From positions 65,071,013 through 65,135,012 of the forward strand of contig NC_068984.1 in assembly GCF_001194135.2 (NCBI RefSeq): a DNA stretch of 64,000 nucleotides, given 5' to 3'. This document shows positions 12,590 through 27,790 of this stretch, one piece after another. Under the pieces are notes generated by a model. That model was not told the origin of the DNA. It worked only from the letters and a program-made list of their open reading frames with translations, and ran no database searches. A program made the translations under genes and the position numbers. The stretch's first letter is position 1; each line of letters starts with the position of its first letter. The DNA is from Octopus bimaculoides. Taxonomy: Eukaryota.

Positions 12590-14947
12590 TTTATATATGC
12601 CCATAAACACACACACCCATGTACACATGCACATAAATTCATACACACTATGTGCACACACACACACATACGTTAGCCTGCCACGAATTTTGGTCCAGCA
12701 AATCTTTTAATCAGAAGTTGCAGTGAGCCCAGAGCTGCTATAGAGAACACAAGCCCAAAGGTTGATATAGAACTCTGTAACTGCAACAAAAAACCCATTA
12801 TAAACTGCATAGCTGTGTGTGTGCATGTATGTGCACATGTATGTGTGTGTGTGTGCATGTGTGAGAGTGTTTGTGTGTATGTGTGTGTTTGTATGCATGC
12901 CTGCATGTTTACACACATAAAATTTAGTTACTGATTTCAAATTTAAATTAAATAGGCTTTGAAAGATGAAAATACATTCAACAGTCAATCAGTTAATGAA
13001 AACCGAGTAAGGAAATGATGCCAGAAAGTTCACTGTTTTTTTATACAAATTTACTTCTACCGGAACCATTATCTTTTTTAAAGTTCCTGAGAGAATTAAT
13101 TTGAAATTTTCACAATTTCACAATAATTTTATGAAATGACTCTTCACTTTGTGAAAACTATACAAAATTGATATGTGCATGAATCTGTGCATCCTATTTG
13201 TATGCATGTAAAATGTGTATGAATGTGTGCATGTGTGTGAGAGAGAAAAAGCGAGAGCATATGTGTTTATAAAAATGTACACAGACACATATTTATACAC
13301 ACATATACACATAGCCTACTTATTGTGAATACATTTCTACGAAATACTTTTTGTATATTGAAAAAATATATATCTCATATAGTTTCATAAATTATTTCTG
13401 AATCAGTCATAAACTAATAAAATAATAAATTTAGAAAAGTATTGCATTTCTTCTTCTTTTTCATCGTAGACTACTACATCATTTCAGACATTTGGTTGAA
13501 AGTTGTTCTGGACAGCAGTCAATATGATGAATGACTACTAACTAGTAAAAATAAAATAATTACAAGAAGTGAAACCATTGAATGTCATTCCAGAGAGCAG
13601 TGGTTAGATTTAGTCATGGGACTTGGATATATTTTACAACTTATTATTTATTATAATAATATTATTTTACAACTTATTATATGACAAAATCCTCATTATT
13701 ACTTTTGTAATATGTTTTTGAATCACTTTCTGCGCTGCAGTATGTAAGAGCAGTGACAATTTCTTTTCTACGTTTAATAATTTGTAGATTATCATCTAAG
13801 GAGATAGAAATTAAATTTTAATAAAATATCTATTGTCATTTTTGCTAGTTAATAGATGCTTAGTAATTACATCATTAATAAAACACTATTAAATCCTAAT
13901 TAATAGTCTTATTTGGAGAAGTTTCCTTTGAAGCAGAGCAGTTCTCCATCAAAACGTGATAGTCCAATGGTTATAGCAATTGTTCAACCAATTTGAAATA
14001 TAACCATGTTTACATTGCATTCCCAATAAATTACAGAAAATGAATAACAGTGACATTATGAAACTGTAATGATTAAAGATAGATTAGTTACAAAATGTGT
14101 AACTCAGAGAATACCTTAACTGTTTGCAAAGTACAAAATGTATTTTAAAATGGAAACAATTGAAAAATACAGTTGAGATGAAAATATCAAACTGCTAAAA
14201 AATATCACCTTGCTTTGTTTTATTTTCCTAATGAGTATATATAAATAGATTTTATGGGATAAGATAATCTTTTTGTGCAATAATTTTATTACAAAAACAT
14301 ATTAACTCTGGATGGAATTTATAACACAAAAAAGGGGGAAAAAGAAAATTTTGAAAAAGTAATAATTTACAGAGAAATAGGTATCAAGTTTTTAAGCTTA
14401 GCTCAAACAGCAAAGATAAATGATGAAAGTGAAGTGACAGAGCGAAAAACAGAGAGAGAGAGACATATGTAAGGGGGAGAGAGAGTTATAGATACAGATT
14501 AGGAGATGCATATCGAGAAATATGGTAAGGTAGAGTCAAAGTAAGAAAGAGAGAGAGAAGACAAAAGGGAGAGAAAGAGAAAGAGCATAAAATAGAGAGA
14601 AAACACAAAATAGAGAGAAAGAGAGGAAGTGAGAGAGGGAAGGAGAGAGAAAGACCACGAAAGAAGAGTTTAAGGCAAGTACAGACAGACTAAAAGATAA
14701 AGATGGAAAGAATTAGACTAAAAGATAAAGATATAAAGAATTATTAGGAAGAGAATATAAGAGATTCAGAGAGAAGAGCATAGGAGTGATGACAATCAAG
14801 TTTGAAGACATGGATCATATTCTGAGCTGCATTATCTCAATGTTTTTAAGTGAACGAATTGAAATCAGATTTCTGAAGTATGCAAGTAGACTGAGAATTT
14901 ACTTCAGTAATTTATCTCTTAAAAAATCACAATTGCATCTGACTTCT

Positions 14948-14978
<31 letters not shown>

Positions 14979-17900
14979 CCTACAAGAAATAACAATTATA
15001 AAGGACTATGTATATTTTGTAAACTAAAATAAGCTATTTCTCACTTATCCATCTCTCTCTTTTAACCACACATACATGTGTGTATTGGTTTAAGGATGTG
15101 GGAGAGTTTAATACTGAATTTATATTTTATGCACTTATTCAGTGAACTGCAATGGAATAAATTTCTTGGGAGAAAATATTAGGAAGATACATAGAGTGAA
15201 CATGACACTTCATAAAAATTAAGAACCAGGGCAAGGAATGGAACACGTGCCTTTTTTGTGAAGCTATTCTAAAACCTCAGAGTTCTAAGGGATTCTGTTA
15301 TCATCAAAGCAGTCATGGATTCAGTCTTTACATTTGACATTCACTTTTGCATTCACTTCATCTTTGGCCATAAGCATTCATAAACACATATGCAAATACG
15401 TTTGTTTGTGTGAGCATGTGTTTATGCGTAGTGAGAAACTGAGAGAGAAAGGGAGTAGTTGTTTGATATTCTAAACTTGCCACAAACTTAAGTTGTATAG
15501 CTAAGCAAGTATTCTTTGAGTGGTAATTTTTTCAAATTAAAGCATGTAAAAGTGCATACTTGCCATAAAAAGAAACCATTAGAATAATTGGCTAGATTCA
15601 TTTTATTTGTTTACTTACTTTAAAATGAACCAATTCTACTAAATTTTTATTGCCCATCCCAGAATATAAGTTCTAAAATTATAAAGAACTACCTAATGTG
15701 TATGTGTATATATGTGTGTATATATATATATACATATATATATATAGATATATATCCATGCATACATAGATAAATATATGCCCATATATATGTACATATG
15801 TACCTATATAGATATATATATCCAGACATACATAGATAAATATATGCCCATATATAATACACATATACATATATCTATACTAAATGACTTATATGGAAGA
15901 TGAAGTGTAACATGAAGCTTTATTTAGTAAAACAATCATTTAGGCTGCCTTCTGCACTACTCTTTAGTGGGTGGGAAATGATGTAATGATATCAGATGCA
16001 TCTCACAGTGCCAAGGAGCCTCATCAGGTGATGTAATAGGTTTCAAAAGTTATAAGATTTGCATTTCGCTCCAAGCTAGAAGGTGGTATTATATAATACT
16101 ACCATGAGTGGTGAACGTGAACATACTCTGCAGGTACACTACCTGGGGCTTACCCAAAACAAGGTTTGGATACTGCATTTTAATGTCTCCTATCTAAACC
16201 TTAATTTTAATCTAACTTTACACACATACACACACACATATATATATGCATATAGAAATGCTCATAGACATATATACATCACACACACATGTATGTGCAC
16301 AAATGTGTGGGTGCACAGGCACTGAAATGCATAACATCCTACAGTGATTTAATATCAATAGATTTTTGCTCTGGCACTGATGGCAAAAGAAACTGCTTTC
16401 TGGTAGAACTACAAAATTCTGTCTCTTCATTTCATTTCATAACCTGTGATCTTTCACTGTCATTTTGGAAACCAACAAAATCATGAAAAAATTCTATTTT
16501 TGCTTGATTCCGTATTTCTCTTGCTGTTTAGTTGTTGGTATGTGTTTTTTGTTTTTCAATTCAAAAGCAAAAATAGAATAAAACAATCTATTAGAAAAAA
16601 AAAATATCTTTAAAATTTTTCTTCTTTTTAGTAGTAAACTAATAAAAAAGTCTTGCTTTAAGTTACTAAGCTGATGGATTTACTAGTTCCTTTGAAGATT
16701 ATGTCATTTTAATTGTGCTAAGCTTATTTTCATTGCAAAGAACATTGCAATCATTTCCCCTAAGAAACATTCATAAATTCATGTACAAGAAGTATTATTA
16801 ATAATCCTGCCATCGTCAAATTTACTTTTTATAAACACAGGGTTAATAAAGTAAGCTTCAATAATGCTCTTAAGTTAATCAAGCTGACTATATCCCCTCC
16901 TTCTACAAAATGAAGTTGTTTGTCTAGTTTTAAAATGTTTTAATACTACAATCAACCATTACTAATCCAGCTACCAGTAATATGGTTCTTGGACATAATT
17001 TTCAGTTTTATGCATTATACTGCCACTGTGTTGGTGGTTTGATAGCAGCATCAGCTTTTGGCTCTAACTTATGGAGACTAGGAGTCATAACTATTGGTTT
17101 CTACATTTATCATTATAACATGCACACATTTAGATCTAATGATAAGTCCAATGCATTAAAGAACCGTTTCTCAAAATGCAAAAAAAAAATATCTTTAAAT
17201 AAAAGATAAAGCCAAACTTCTGATAAAGCTCAACAATGGTGTTTCTGAGAAGTTTGTTTGAATTCTACTACATTGGCTCTTTGACAATATATGACATAAA
17301 AAAATAGATAGAAAAACTGAGTAAGCTTTGCAGGTTGTATCTAATCACTGGTATTGCAGTAAACTCATTAACTGAGTGCTTGAGCTCTTCTTAAGTTCTA
17401 TTGATACCAGATTAGTAACGCTCAACTCTGCTGGTCTCATGATCCCCTAGCATTCAAATTCATTCTGTCTTTCTTTCATTCATTCTTTTCTAAGGCATAT
17501 TCGCTCAATTTACCTTAAGTGCAAAATTTAGCCTTCTATATTTCAGTTCAAATAATTTGTAAAAATGCACAAAGAATATAACAGTGTTTGTACCAAAGCT
17601 GAATGTCTGTTACAATGTTACTACTACTCCTTGTCCATTGCAAAGATATATTTGAATTGTTAAAAAGTAAAGACCTAATGTATAATATAAAAAAGTAACT
17701 TGGAAGTTAACTTTAGAAGGTCACAGGAAAATCATTCATCTCTGGATAACAATAATTTAAAAATATTTTAATGGTATTATCCCAAAAAGAGGCTGAGATG
17801 AATAAAGTTGCTATTACACAACCGAATAAAATTAAGAATTCTTCAATATTATTTCTCAATAAGAACATTTACTAACAAATAGTTATGATAAATTTAAATG

Positions 17901-19215
17901 CAGATAAATCATAGTTTTGTGTAAAATTAATCTGGACATTGATGAGTTTTAATCTAGTATTAAGATATCAAAATCACTATTAAAACTACCATGAAGATAC
18001 TTGAGAGATACAGAAATGTGATCAGAATGCTACAAGAAATAAGAGTTTTCAATAGTATTTCAGTGACAATAATCAGAACGGTACTATTCTAAACCCACTT
18101 GCCAAACCCTCTAGTCATGAATCATTTTAACCCAGCATTAGTTTTATAATCATAACAATAGAAATATTATCATATTTTGAATGTGTAAATCATAACAAGA
18201 AGATTATATTTTTAATAAATTCCAGTTATGAGACAATATGAATGCAATGAATCTTGAGGCAAAGAGTTGATGTGTGCTGAATGGAGTATTTTGCAATTAA
18301 ACAACTTCGGTTATTTGGTTATTTGCCTAAGGTTGGTAAGAAGTGTGTGCGTATATTTGTGGGCGTGGACGCCAATAATTATTTTATGTCTGTGAGGGCA
18401 TGTGAATATGTGTGGTGTATGTGCAGATGTAATTGGATTTCCTTGCGTACAATACGGTATATGACATATTGTTTTCAATACAGTCTAAGATTTAAAATAT
18501 TTCAACATTTTAAACTAAAATATCAAGCACCTGATAAAAAAATATAGCACTATATATAGCAAAGATAGGCTTATACTAACTTAATCACTACCATAATAAA
18601 CGTGATTTAGGAAATAAGAGGATACAAAAAAAAGAAAGTGGAAAATGTTACAAGGCTACTTCTGAATAGACTTGAAAGACAGTGTTCCATATTTAAAAGT
18701 TCTTTATTGAAACTAGACCATTTCAAGTAGAATAGACAAATAATTGGTTGGTAACATTAAAAAATTGATTGCCTATCAAATATCATAGTATTTTTTAACT
18801 TTGGTTGCTCTAAAAAAAAATATATATATGTGTATCATTCCACGTATGCCACACACTTTGAATCAATAAATGTGACATCATACTAAGATTTCAATTGAAA
18901 ATAATTTTCTAGTTTAATGTTACTGATGAAGAATTCATTCAAAATTCCACTTTTAATAATTATATATGTTACATGTACTTTTTATGGACTTCTATGAAAT
19001 ACTACAATTTTATTTTATGTATGTCGCCTACATATGTAACATATCTATAGTGATCTGGAGATAACCATTATTTCTTTTAATGATTCTGCCAAGTAATCAG
19101 GCAAACTATGGTGTTACCATTTTCATATTGTCACGTAAGTTTAAAATTATATATAGGAGCAAAAATTGCTATTGATTATGAGTTGGTCAAGAAATAATAA
19201 TTAAACATACACACT

Positions 19216-19258
<43 letters not shown>

Positions 19259-19384
19259 GTGTATATATCAAATAGAAACATAAAACCTAGTTGCATTATA
19301 TATATATATATATTCTTTTATTCTTTTACTTGTTTCAGTAATTTCTACTGCAGTCATGCTGGAGCACCACCTTATATATATCAC

Positions 19385-19910
19385 CATCAACATCGTCGTT
19401 TAACGTCCGCTTTCCATGCTAGCATGGCTTAGACGATTTGACTGAGGACTGGTGGACCAGGAAGCGACACCAGGCTCCAATCTGATTTGGCAGAGTTTCT
19501 TCAGAGTTGATTCAAAGTGTAGTGGGTGCTTTTATGTGCCACCAGCACGAGTGCTAGCCAGGTGGGTACTGGCGACAGCCACGCTCAAAATGGTGTATTT
19601 TACGTGCCACCTGCACAGGAGCACTGGCAACAATCTCGCTCGAATGTCTTTTCATGTGTCACTGGCACAAGTGCCAGGAAGGCGACATTGTTAATGATCA
19701 ATGGCCACGCTCGAAATGGTGTATTTTACGTGTCACCTACACAGGAGCCAGTCCATCAGCACTGGCAACAATCTTGCTTGAATGTCTTAGTGCCAGCAAG
19801 GCGACGTTGGTAACGATCACACTGGAGCTGTTTATGTGCCACTGGCACAGGAGCCAGACAGCTGCTCTGGCAACGATCGTGCTCTTAGTGCTCCACTGGT
19901 ACAGGTCTCA
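19385..19910 (-). mobile_element. GC-rich SINE-like element with internal tandem subrepeats
   Basis: The tail catcgtcgtttaacgtccgctttccatgctagcatgg is the reverse complement of the tail at 25070-25112; shared ggagcctggtg and agcacccactacact segments. Confidence 0.75.
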
Positions 19911-20488
19911 TGCCCCTCAAATGCTAGCTAACTACACTCTAAAAATTGAAACACTACATGATAGTATTTGCTGTAGTTATTGTGCAAAAGAGTAAATTTA
20001 CTAAAATGCACAAATGTGATATATTAAGAATAAAAATCTTTATTTCATCATTAGGTTATTAATACCTGACACCCTATTTACTTTACTATTTAAAAACATG
20101 GCTGAATTAGAAATAAACATTCACGACCTAGAAAACTTAATTGTGGAGCATACTTTCAAATGTTTAGTACTTTAATGAAAATCAAAATTATATATTTGAG
20201 GCAATGGATTGATGAAATTGTCAAATGTATCACCACTTCATTCTTGCTTTATTATTGATAGATCTCAAATATTTATCAATGGTACATTTGTAGAACAATA
20301 AAATGCTACATATTTTTGTACTGTTTCAGATTTTCAAACCTGTGTAAGATACTTAATGTATTGCCCAAATCTTCCACATTCAGTTAAAAACTAAGAGAGA
20401 GCACACAGGAATATTAGAATTCTAAATGCTAGATGTAATAATCACTATATAAGCAATAAAGGCTTAAAATTTATTTTTACAATGTAGA

Positions 20489-20535
<47 letters not shown>

Positions 20536-22406
20536 TCCATTAAAAATATTGCTCTTTCATAGTGTGTCTAATTGATACTTCAGCATTTGATGCNNNNNNN
20601 NNNNNNNNNNNNNNNNNNNNNNNNNNNNNNNNNNNNNNNNNNNNNNNNNNNNNNNNNNNNNNNNNNNNNNNNNNNNNNNNNNNNNNNNNNNNNNNNNNNN
20701 NNNNNNNNNNNNNNNNNNNNNNNNNNNNNNNNNNNNNNNNNNNNNNNNNNNNNNNNNNNNNNNNNNNNNNATAATAATAATAATAATAATAATAATAATT
20801 TACTTCAACATTAAAATCTTTTTCCTATATTTTCTTAATTTTTTTTCTGTATGTTTGTCATATTTAATAAAGAAAAAAAAAAAAAAAAAAGAGGTTGCAG
20901 AAGACGAACTTAATTCATATCTATATTTGTGATACACTGTTCAACATTCAATAGTATATCCTCAAGCCATGTATTTGTTTACTGTATGTAGCCATAGCTA
21001 TTCATTCAAGTACAAGTAAGCTAGCAATTTCAGGCTGCCACTAATTAATGAACAACTGTTTATAATTCATATATAAGTCAATATTTCATTGCTTGTAGCC
21101 AATACAGCCTAACTATGTAGACTAACACTACTACTTGTTTACTCTATTTTGATCCTCGCTCACAATCAACAGCCAACATTTTTCTGAGGATAATATTGAT
21201 ATTCTATTGTATTAATGAATACAGCCTAATAACAATAGTAAACATGAGTTTTACTACTTTTTATTGCCATCCTTCTCAGTTTCTCCCTCCCTGATTCTCT
21301 TACTATTTTATAGTAATATCAATTTCTGCTTTTTGTTTATGTGTTTTCTTTTTTTATATTATAAGCTATTTTATATTTTTAGTTTAAAGAAGGTTAATAC
21401 ATTTGAATCCATTGATTAATTCTCCTAATCAATGTTGACTACCATTAATTTACCAATAAATTTTCAAGTTTGATCATTTTTGAGATATTCCTCTTGAAGT
21501 AAAAAAAAAATCAATAACATTAACCCAAAAAGTAAAAACACTTCCCTAAAGGCTAAATCTAGAATGAAAACTGTCTGCCTATGCATTCTATATGTATATA
21601 CATACATTCCTTCATATACACATGCACACACACATATACATATACAGATACACAGTCTGTGATCTTTATAACTATGGAGACCAGTTGCAAGAAATTTTAA
21701 CTCAATGCCACAAATTCTTTTCACAGCTTCTGCTTTTAAGAATATAAAGGAATGGAAGGAGTTCTATATACTGGTTACATACTGTACACCATAACTAACA
21801 CTATACAAACAAATCTGATATTATATACACACATACATACACACAGACACACTCCCATTCACACACACACATATATATTAAAAATATGTTACTATAGGCA
21901 CATAACCAAATAAAGGTTTAGACTCTGATTACATAATACATATAGAACTCACAAATGCTAATTTATGCTACAGCATTATATTCCTACAAATTTTCAAAAC
22001 ATATCAAACAATTCTCTTATTTCTTAAATTATCCTGAAAAAATGTAACCTACTTGAATATTTTTCTGTTTCTGAAATTTTGTCTTACTTTCAAAAGCCTG
22101 CTACAAAAAATTAATTCCATTTTATATATCACTCTTCTGAAGTGAAAATATTTAATAATACACCAAGTTGCTCAATAATGCATATTTCAGAAATCTATAT
22201 TCTTCATCTCTTTTTTTTTTCTACCCTAAATTTACAAGGTTAAAGTGTTTAGGTGCAGCTCAGATACAATTATATTACCCAGAATTGCTTTCAAAGAGCA
22301 ATTGTGGAGTAATTTATTCTTGCCAATATTACGAGATATTTTTCCATGCACAGNNNNNNNNNNNNNNNNNNNNNNNNNNNNNNNNNNNNNNNNNNNNNNN
22401 NNNNNN

Positions 22407-22442
<36 letters not shown>

Positions 22443-22881
22443 GGTATGTTACATAGATATAGATATAAGAAAGAAGATCTGAAAGGCTTAGGCAGAAATG
22501 ATGAGAAAAGATCATTATACCATGATGATGAAGATGATGGAAGATTTGCCTGAGATTTTCAGCTATCAGTGAAAATATTTAGGGCACATATTTAAGGAAC
22601 AGATCTCTACACTGCTGCAGGACTAATCACAAATGTGTGAATATCTAAACGTTAGTTTTTTTCACTCTCTCTCTCTCTTATATATATTAGTGTGTAGATG
22701 TGTGTGTGTTGTGGGCTTGTAAGTATTATATGTATCTGCATAACATGTGCAGGTCTGCATGTATGTATAAGTGTGTACATATAGATTTAGGTGTATAATT
22801 ATGTATGAATACATATTAAATTATGTATGTATATGTGTGTGTGTGTATATGTATATATATATATATATATANNNNNNNNNN

Positions 22882-22920
<39 letters not shown>

Positions 22921-23273
22921 CAAACAGTTGCATATAAAATTTAAAATAGCCTGGTAAAACATACAAATAAACATTGGATGCACTGCTTTATATATCACAA
23001 TGGTATAATGATCTTGCCTATGGAGTCAAAAGAGATAGAAGAGCATCACAGAATCGAGAAAGATTGACAGCTACGAATAAACATCTTGCCTTCATGAACC
23101 ATTATTTCACGACCAGCTGTCTGACTGACTGATGACCTCTGTAAATAAGAATCTGTGAGAAACAAGTGCAGATATAAATTAATTTCTTTCTTCATGTTGG
23201 GGTTTTAGTCATGCCCAAATAAACATTTTATATAAATATTATAAGAGTGCATGTATCCATACATGTATATGTA

Positions 23274-23319
<46 letters not shown>

Positions 23320-24764
23320 TACATATACATAAATACGTGCACAAACACACCTATACACTCACATGCATGAATGTACACACACGCACAAAATATACACATA
23401 TATACACACATAGGCAATTGCATAATATGTATGTACTTGAATTTATATTTTTTTACAGTAATATTGGAAATTGTTGCAACAAATCTGTGAGACAGCTCTT
23501 AGCAGATATAACTGTGTTTATCCTGTTTCAACAAAAGAATTTCTTTCCTAGTTTATATTCTCAAGAACTTAGCAGTAAAACTGAGAAAATAATGCAAAAC
23601 TGAAATCACAAATATTTTAAATGAGTACTATTAAATGAATAAATCTAAAGCATATTAAGATTCGATGCATACTGCACAGTAACAATGTGACAGGAAACAA
23701 AATCATTAATTAAAAATATTCTTTACAAGGAGCAATTCATTACAATTATTATTGAGGACAATAAAATCAATTTTATTCATAAGCAGAAAATACTTGTAGA
23801 AGCTGGAGTAATACTAGTAATAGATCAGAAACATATTTTATATATACAAACACACACACACTATAGATATCAGCACAAACAGATTTGCGCTTGCACAGGC
23901 ACACACATATATTCACACAAAAAAAAAACACATACTTCCATGTACCCAGCATCATTTCATTTGATGCCATTAACAAGATTACTGAAATAGTGTGAAAACT
24001 ATCCATGTTACTTTTATCTTTAGAAGACTAATTAAAATCAATCAGTCTTCAAATGGGCAGGAACTTCAGACCTATAAAATAATGGAGAGACTACTACAAA
24101 TAAAAGATAGTTTGTACTGTTTGAGGTTATCTCTTTGAATTTTGCCACTGATCAAAACCAAAATGGGTTACAAAAGTAGTATTGATAATATGTTCAAAGT
24201 AATATATTGGAAATATATTTTATCCAAAAATGAGTAAAATAAACAAAAGATACTTTTGTTGTGTCTATGCTAACTTATTTACAATTTGCTTGTCTTCTCT
24301 GGTCAGTAAGATTCTACAAATATAATATGGAACATCTTTTTTATTACTAGATCAATAAGTTTAAATTTTATTCATTAGTAGTAGCTTAATAGAATGATGA
24401 AAAGAATTTCATTGAAATATTTATATATATATATATATATATATATNNNNNNNNNNNNNNNNNNNNNNNNNNNNNNNNNNNNNNNNNNNNNNNNNNNNNN
24501 NNNNNNNNNNNNNNNNNNNNNNNNNNNNNNNNNNNNNNNNNNNNNNNNNNNNNNNNNNNNNNNNNNNNNNNNNNNNNNNNNNNNNNNNNNNNNNNNNNAT
24601 ATATATATATATATATAATATACAAATATATATGTATAGATCCATTTATATATACTTACATGTATACATATATATATGTGTATGTGTGTGTACATGTACA
24701 AAAACACACACACATTTATATGTACACACACACAAAATCAAATGGAAATTGTAGTTGTGGCTGA

Positions 24765-25112
24765 TGCTAGTGTCACCTGACACGCTCTCACACTGGTGGA
24801 ACGCAATAAGCACTATTCATGCATGGGTTGTTGCTAGTGCCGCCTGACTGTCTCCCCATGCTGGTGACATGTAAAAAGCACCATCTGAACATGGCCTATG
24901 CTAGTGCCGCCTGACTGGCTCCCATGCTGGTGGCCCATAAGAAGCACCCACTACACTCTTGGAATCATTGGCATTAGGAAGGGCATCTAGCTGTGGAAAC
25001 ATTGCCAGATCAGATTGGAGCCTGGTGCAGCCATCTGATTCACTAGTCCCCAGTCAAACCATTCAACCCATGCCAGCATGGAAAACGGACGTTAAAAGAT
25101 GATGATGATGAT
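24765..25112 (+). mobile_element. Same GC-rich SINE-like family (contains GGCATTAGGAAGGGCATC block; ends in (GAT)n)
   Basis: Homology to the 19385-19910 reverse complement; internal repeats of atgctagtgccgcctgactg. Confidence 0.75.
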
Positions 25113-25144
<32 letters not shown>

Positions 25145-25419
25145 TCACACACAATCATGTGACAGTAGTTTGCATATTCCAGCTTCAATATGTTTTACAC
25201 ACATCAGCAAATAAATATATTATTTGCTGCTCTAATACATAGGAACTCTTGCTTTTATTGTGCTGCAAAGGACAGGTTTAGCATTCATAGCCAATGATGT
25301 ATAACAATGCAGAAATACAAGTACCCTGTCCCTGATTGTGCATTGTGTTTTCATACTGATTGCCTATGGATAAAAATTTCCCTCAAGAGTATTTCAACAG
25401 CAAGACATCTTCCCAGCAC

Positions 25420-25600
25420 GCATTTATTTCATCTGCTGTTACATTCTGAGTTCAAACTCCGCCAAGGTCGACTTTGCCTTTCATCCTTTCAGGGTCGATT
25501 AACTAAGTACTAGTTATGCACTGGGGTCGATTTAATCGACTTAATCCCTTTGTTTGTCCCCTCTGTGTTTAGCCCCTCTCCTGTGGGCAATAAAGAAATA
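25420..25600 (+). mobile_element. SINE (central GCCTTTCATCCTTTCAGGGTCGAT..AAGTAC domain, MetaSINE-like)
   Basis: ttctgagttcaaactccgccaaggtcgactttgcctttcatcc...actggggtcgat...aataaagaaata; several homologues in the window. The Meta-domain assignment is from memory. Confidence 0.75.
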
Positions 25601-27211
25601 AATATGACTGCACACACACACACACACACACACACATAGAGTAGTTGTGAAACCACTAGTATAAGCTTAGGATAGACAAACACCAAATTAGTGCTTGGAC
25701 ATTTTGGATTCTTCAATTGCAATTTCCTAATCAGGGGAAAATAATCCAGGTAAAGAAGAGCTGGCTATGAGAAATACATAGCTTGAGTAAATAGAGATGA
25801 AAGATAAATGAACAATTATAGATGCCAGTAATTAATTTTTATAAACTTTTACAAATACATTTTCATGTTACATGATGATAAATCTTTATGGCTGTTTCAA
25901 ACCTTCAGTGACTGGTTGATGCAAACAAGTAAACACAATGAGACAATAATTATTCTCAGTAAATAAAAGAAAATATTATCAACTCATATAAATTGTGAGA
26001 AGCTGGAAATGCCAAATATTTTTGTTGCAAAGATGTGGCAAATGGAAATGTAATAATAGTAAACAATATACTTAAGGTAAAACACAAGCACATTAACAAA
26101 AACTTGAAAGAAGGGGGAAATAAATATTAGTAGAGTGGTGAATATGGGAAAAAGGGAGTAAAGAACAAGAGCACAAATATGCTAGTCAAAAGTGGGGAAG
26201 GGGTTCAGTGAGAGAGGGGAAAAGAAAAAGGAAAAGAAAGAAGCAAGTAGAATCTGTAAAACAAACAAAAGGGCCATTTTGTTGGTTCCAGAAGCTTGAG
26301 TGACAAGGAAAAGTTGTAAATCTAAGTTGAGAAATGTGGAGTAGGCATGGCAGATCAACAAGAATCAATTAAAAAGGAGATAATGGTAAATGAAATAGCC
26401 TTCTGCTGGGTAGAAGAGGCAATGCAATTTTATGGCAACCGGATTTAGTAGATGTGTCTAAACACAAAGGTAAGAAGGGAGCTACTAAAAAATTCATAGA
26501 AATAAATAACAAATAAAGATGATAATACATAAGGATGGACAATAAAAAAAAAACTATTACATAACTGAAAACATATGAAAGACTTTAGAGTTCTATTCAA
26601 ATTAAGATATGTCATAATTCTAACTAGGCCAAGTAATTAGATGTAAACAGATGATAGTGAAATGCATATAACCAAAGATGCAAATGTCAGATCAGAATAC
26701 AAGTTTATAGGTATCTATGTTGATCAGAGTAAGGAAAACGCTTTGAAAACGGCATGCATCATGCTATTGTGTCACACTGGTTATTCTTATGGAATATTTC
26801 AAGTATGAATTTCATGCAGTGTGATTGCCCTGGTAAAATCTTCCAGACCTAATTACAAACCAAGGGATGTTATAGTAAATGCTATTAGCACTGAGTTGAT
26901 GGATATAATTTGCCAGCAAACTAGAAAATTTGCACTTAATATTAAAGAAAGATACTGACATGTGCCAAGTAGCATCTCTTACAAACCAGTGGAGGACCCT
27001 ATTTATACTTTAGTGAAATTTTAGTGTCTAGTGTAAACACTGCATTATAATCATTGTATCACAAGAAATGACCTTTCTAAGGGTAATTATTGGGTATTCA
27101 ACAATTAAATTCCTTCTTATCATATTTTAAGTTAACATTTTCATTAATACTGTTACTGTTGTTCTACTTCCCATTACTATAATTAATGGTATTATTATTA
27201 CATCTATTGTT

Positions 27212-27420
27212 AAAGCAGTGAGCTGGCACAATTGTCAACATGACAGATGATATGCATAATGGTATTTTACCCATTTTTACCTTCTGAGTTAAATTTCACT
27301 GAGGTTAACTTTGTCTTCAGAGTTGATGAAACGAGGACCAGTGGAGCATTGGGGTCAATGCAGTCAACTTACTCCTCCCTCAAAATAGCTAGCCATGTGC
27401 CAAAATTTGAAACGGATATT
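27212..27420 (+). mobile_element. SINE copy (GCAGTGAGCTGGC head)
   Basis: Colinear with the 27574-27790 copy. Confidence 0.75.
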
Positions 27421-27431
27421 TCATCTTTTGT

Positions 27432-27432
27432 T

Positions 27433-27480
<48 letters not shown>

Positions 27481-27573
27481 AATAATAATAATAATAATGA
27501 TATCATCATCATCATCATCATCATTATTATTATCATTATAATTATTATTATAATTATTATAATTATTATTATT
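27432..27573 (+). repeat. Compound trinucleotide microsatellite (AAC)n(AAT)n(ATC)n(ATT)n
   Basis: Direct reading. Confidence 0.95.
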
Positions 27574-27790
27574 AAGGCAGTGAGCTGGCTAAATTGTTAG
27601 TACACTGGATGAAATACTTAGTGATACTTCGCCTGTTGCTACATTCTGAGTTCACATTCCACTGAAGTCAACTTTGCTTTTTGTCCTTTTGGGGTTGATA
27701 AATTTAGTACAAGTGAGACACTGGGGTCAATGTAATCGACTAGTCCCCCTCTCATAAAACTTCAGTACTTGTGCCTTTAGTAGAAAGGAT
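27574..27790 (+). mobile_element. SINE copy (GCAGTGAGCTGGC head)
   Basis: ggcagtgagctggc...ttctgagttc...ggggttgataaatttagtac...actggggtcaatgtaatcgactagtcccc...tagtagaaaggattatt. Confidence 0.8.

Noticed and set aside
23118-23174. CTGATGA...GAAACAAGTG hammerhead-like arrangement
   Set aside because: Stem II pairs poorly, position 17 is G and stem I needs a register shift; too degenerate to call, though possibly a very old copy.
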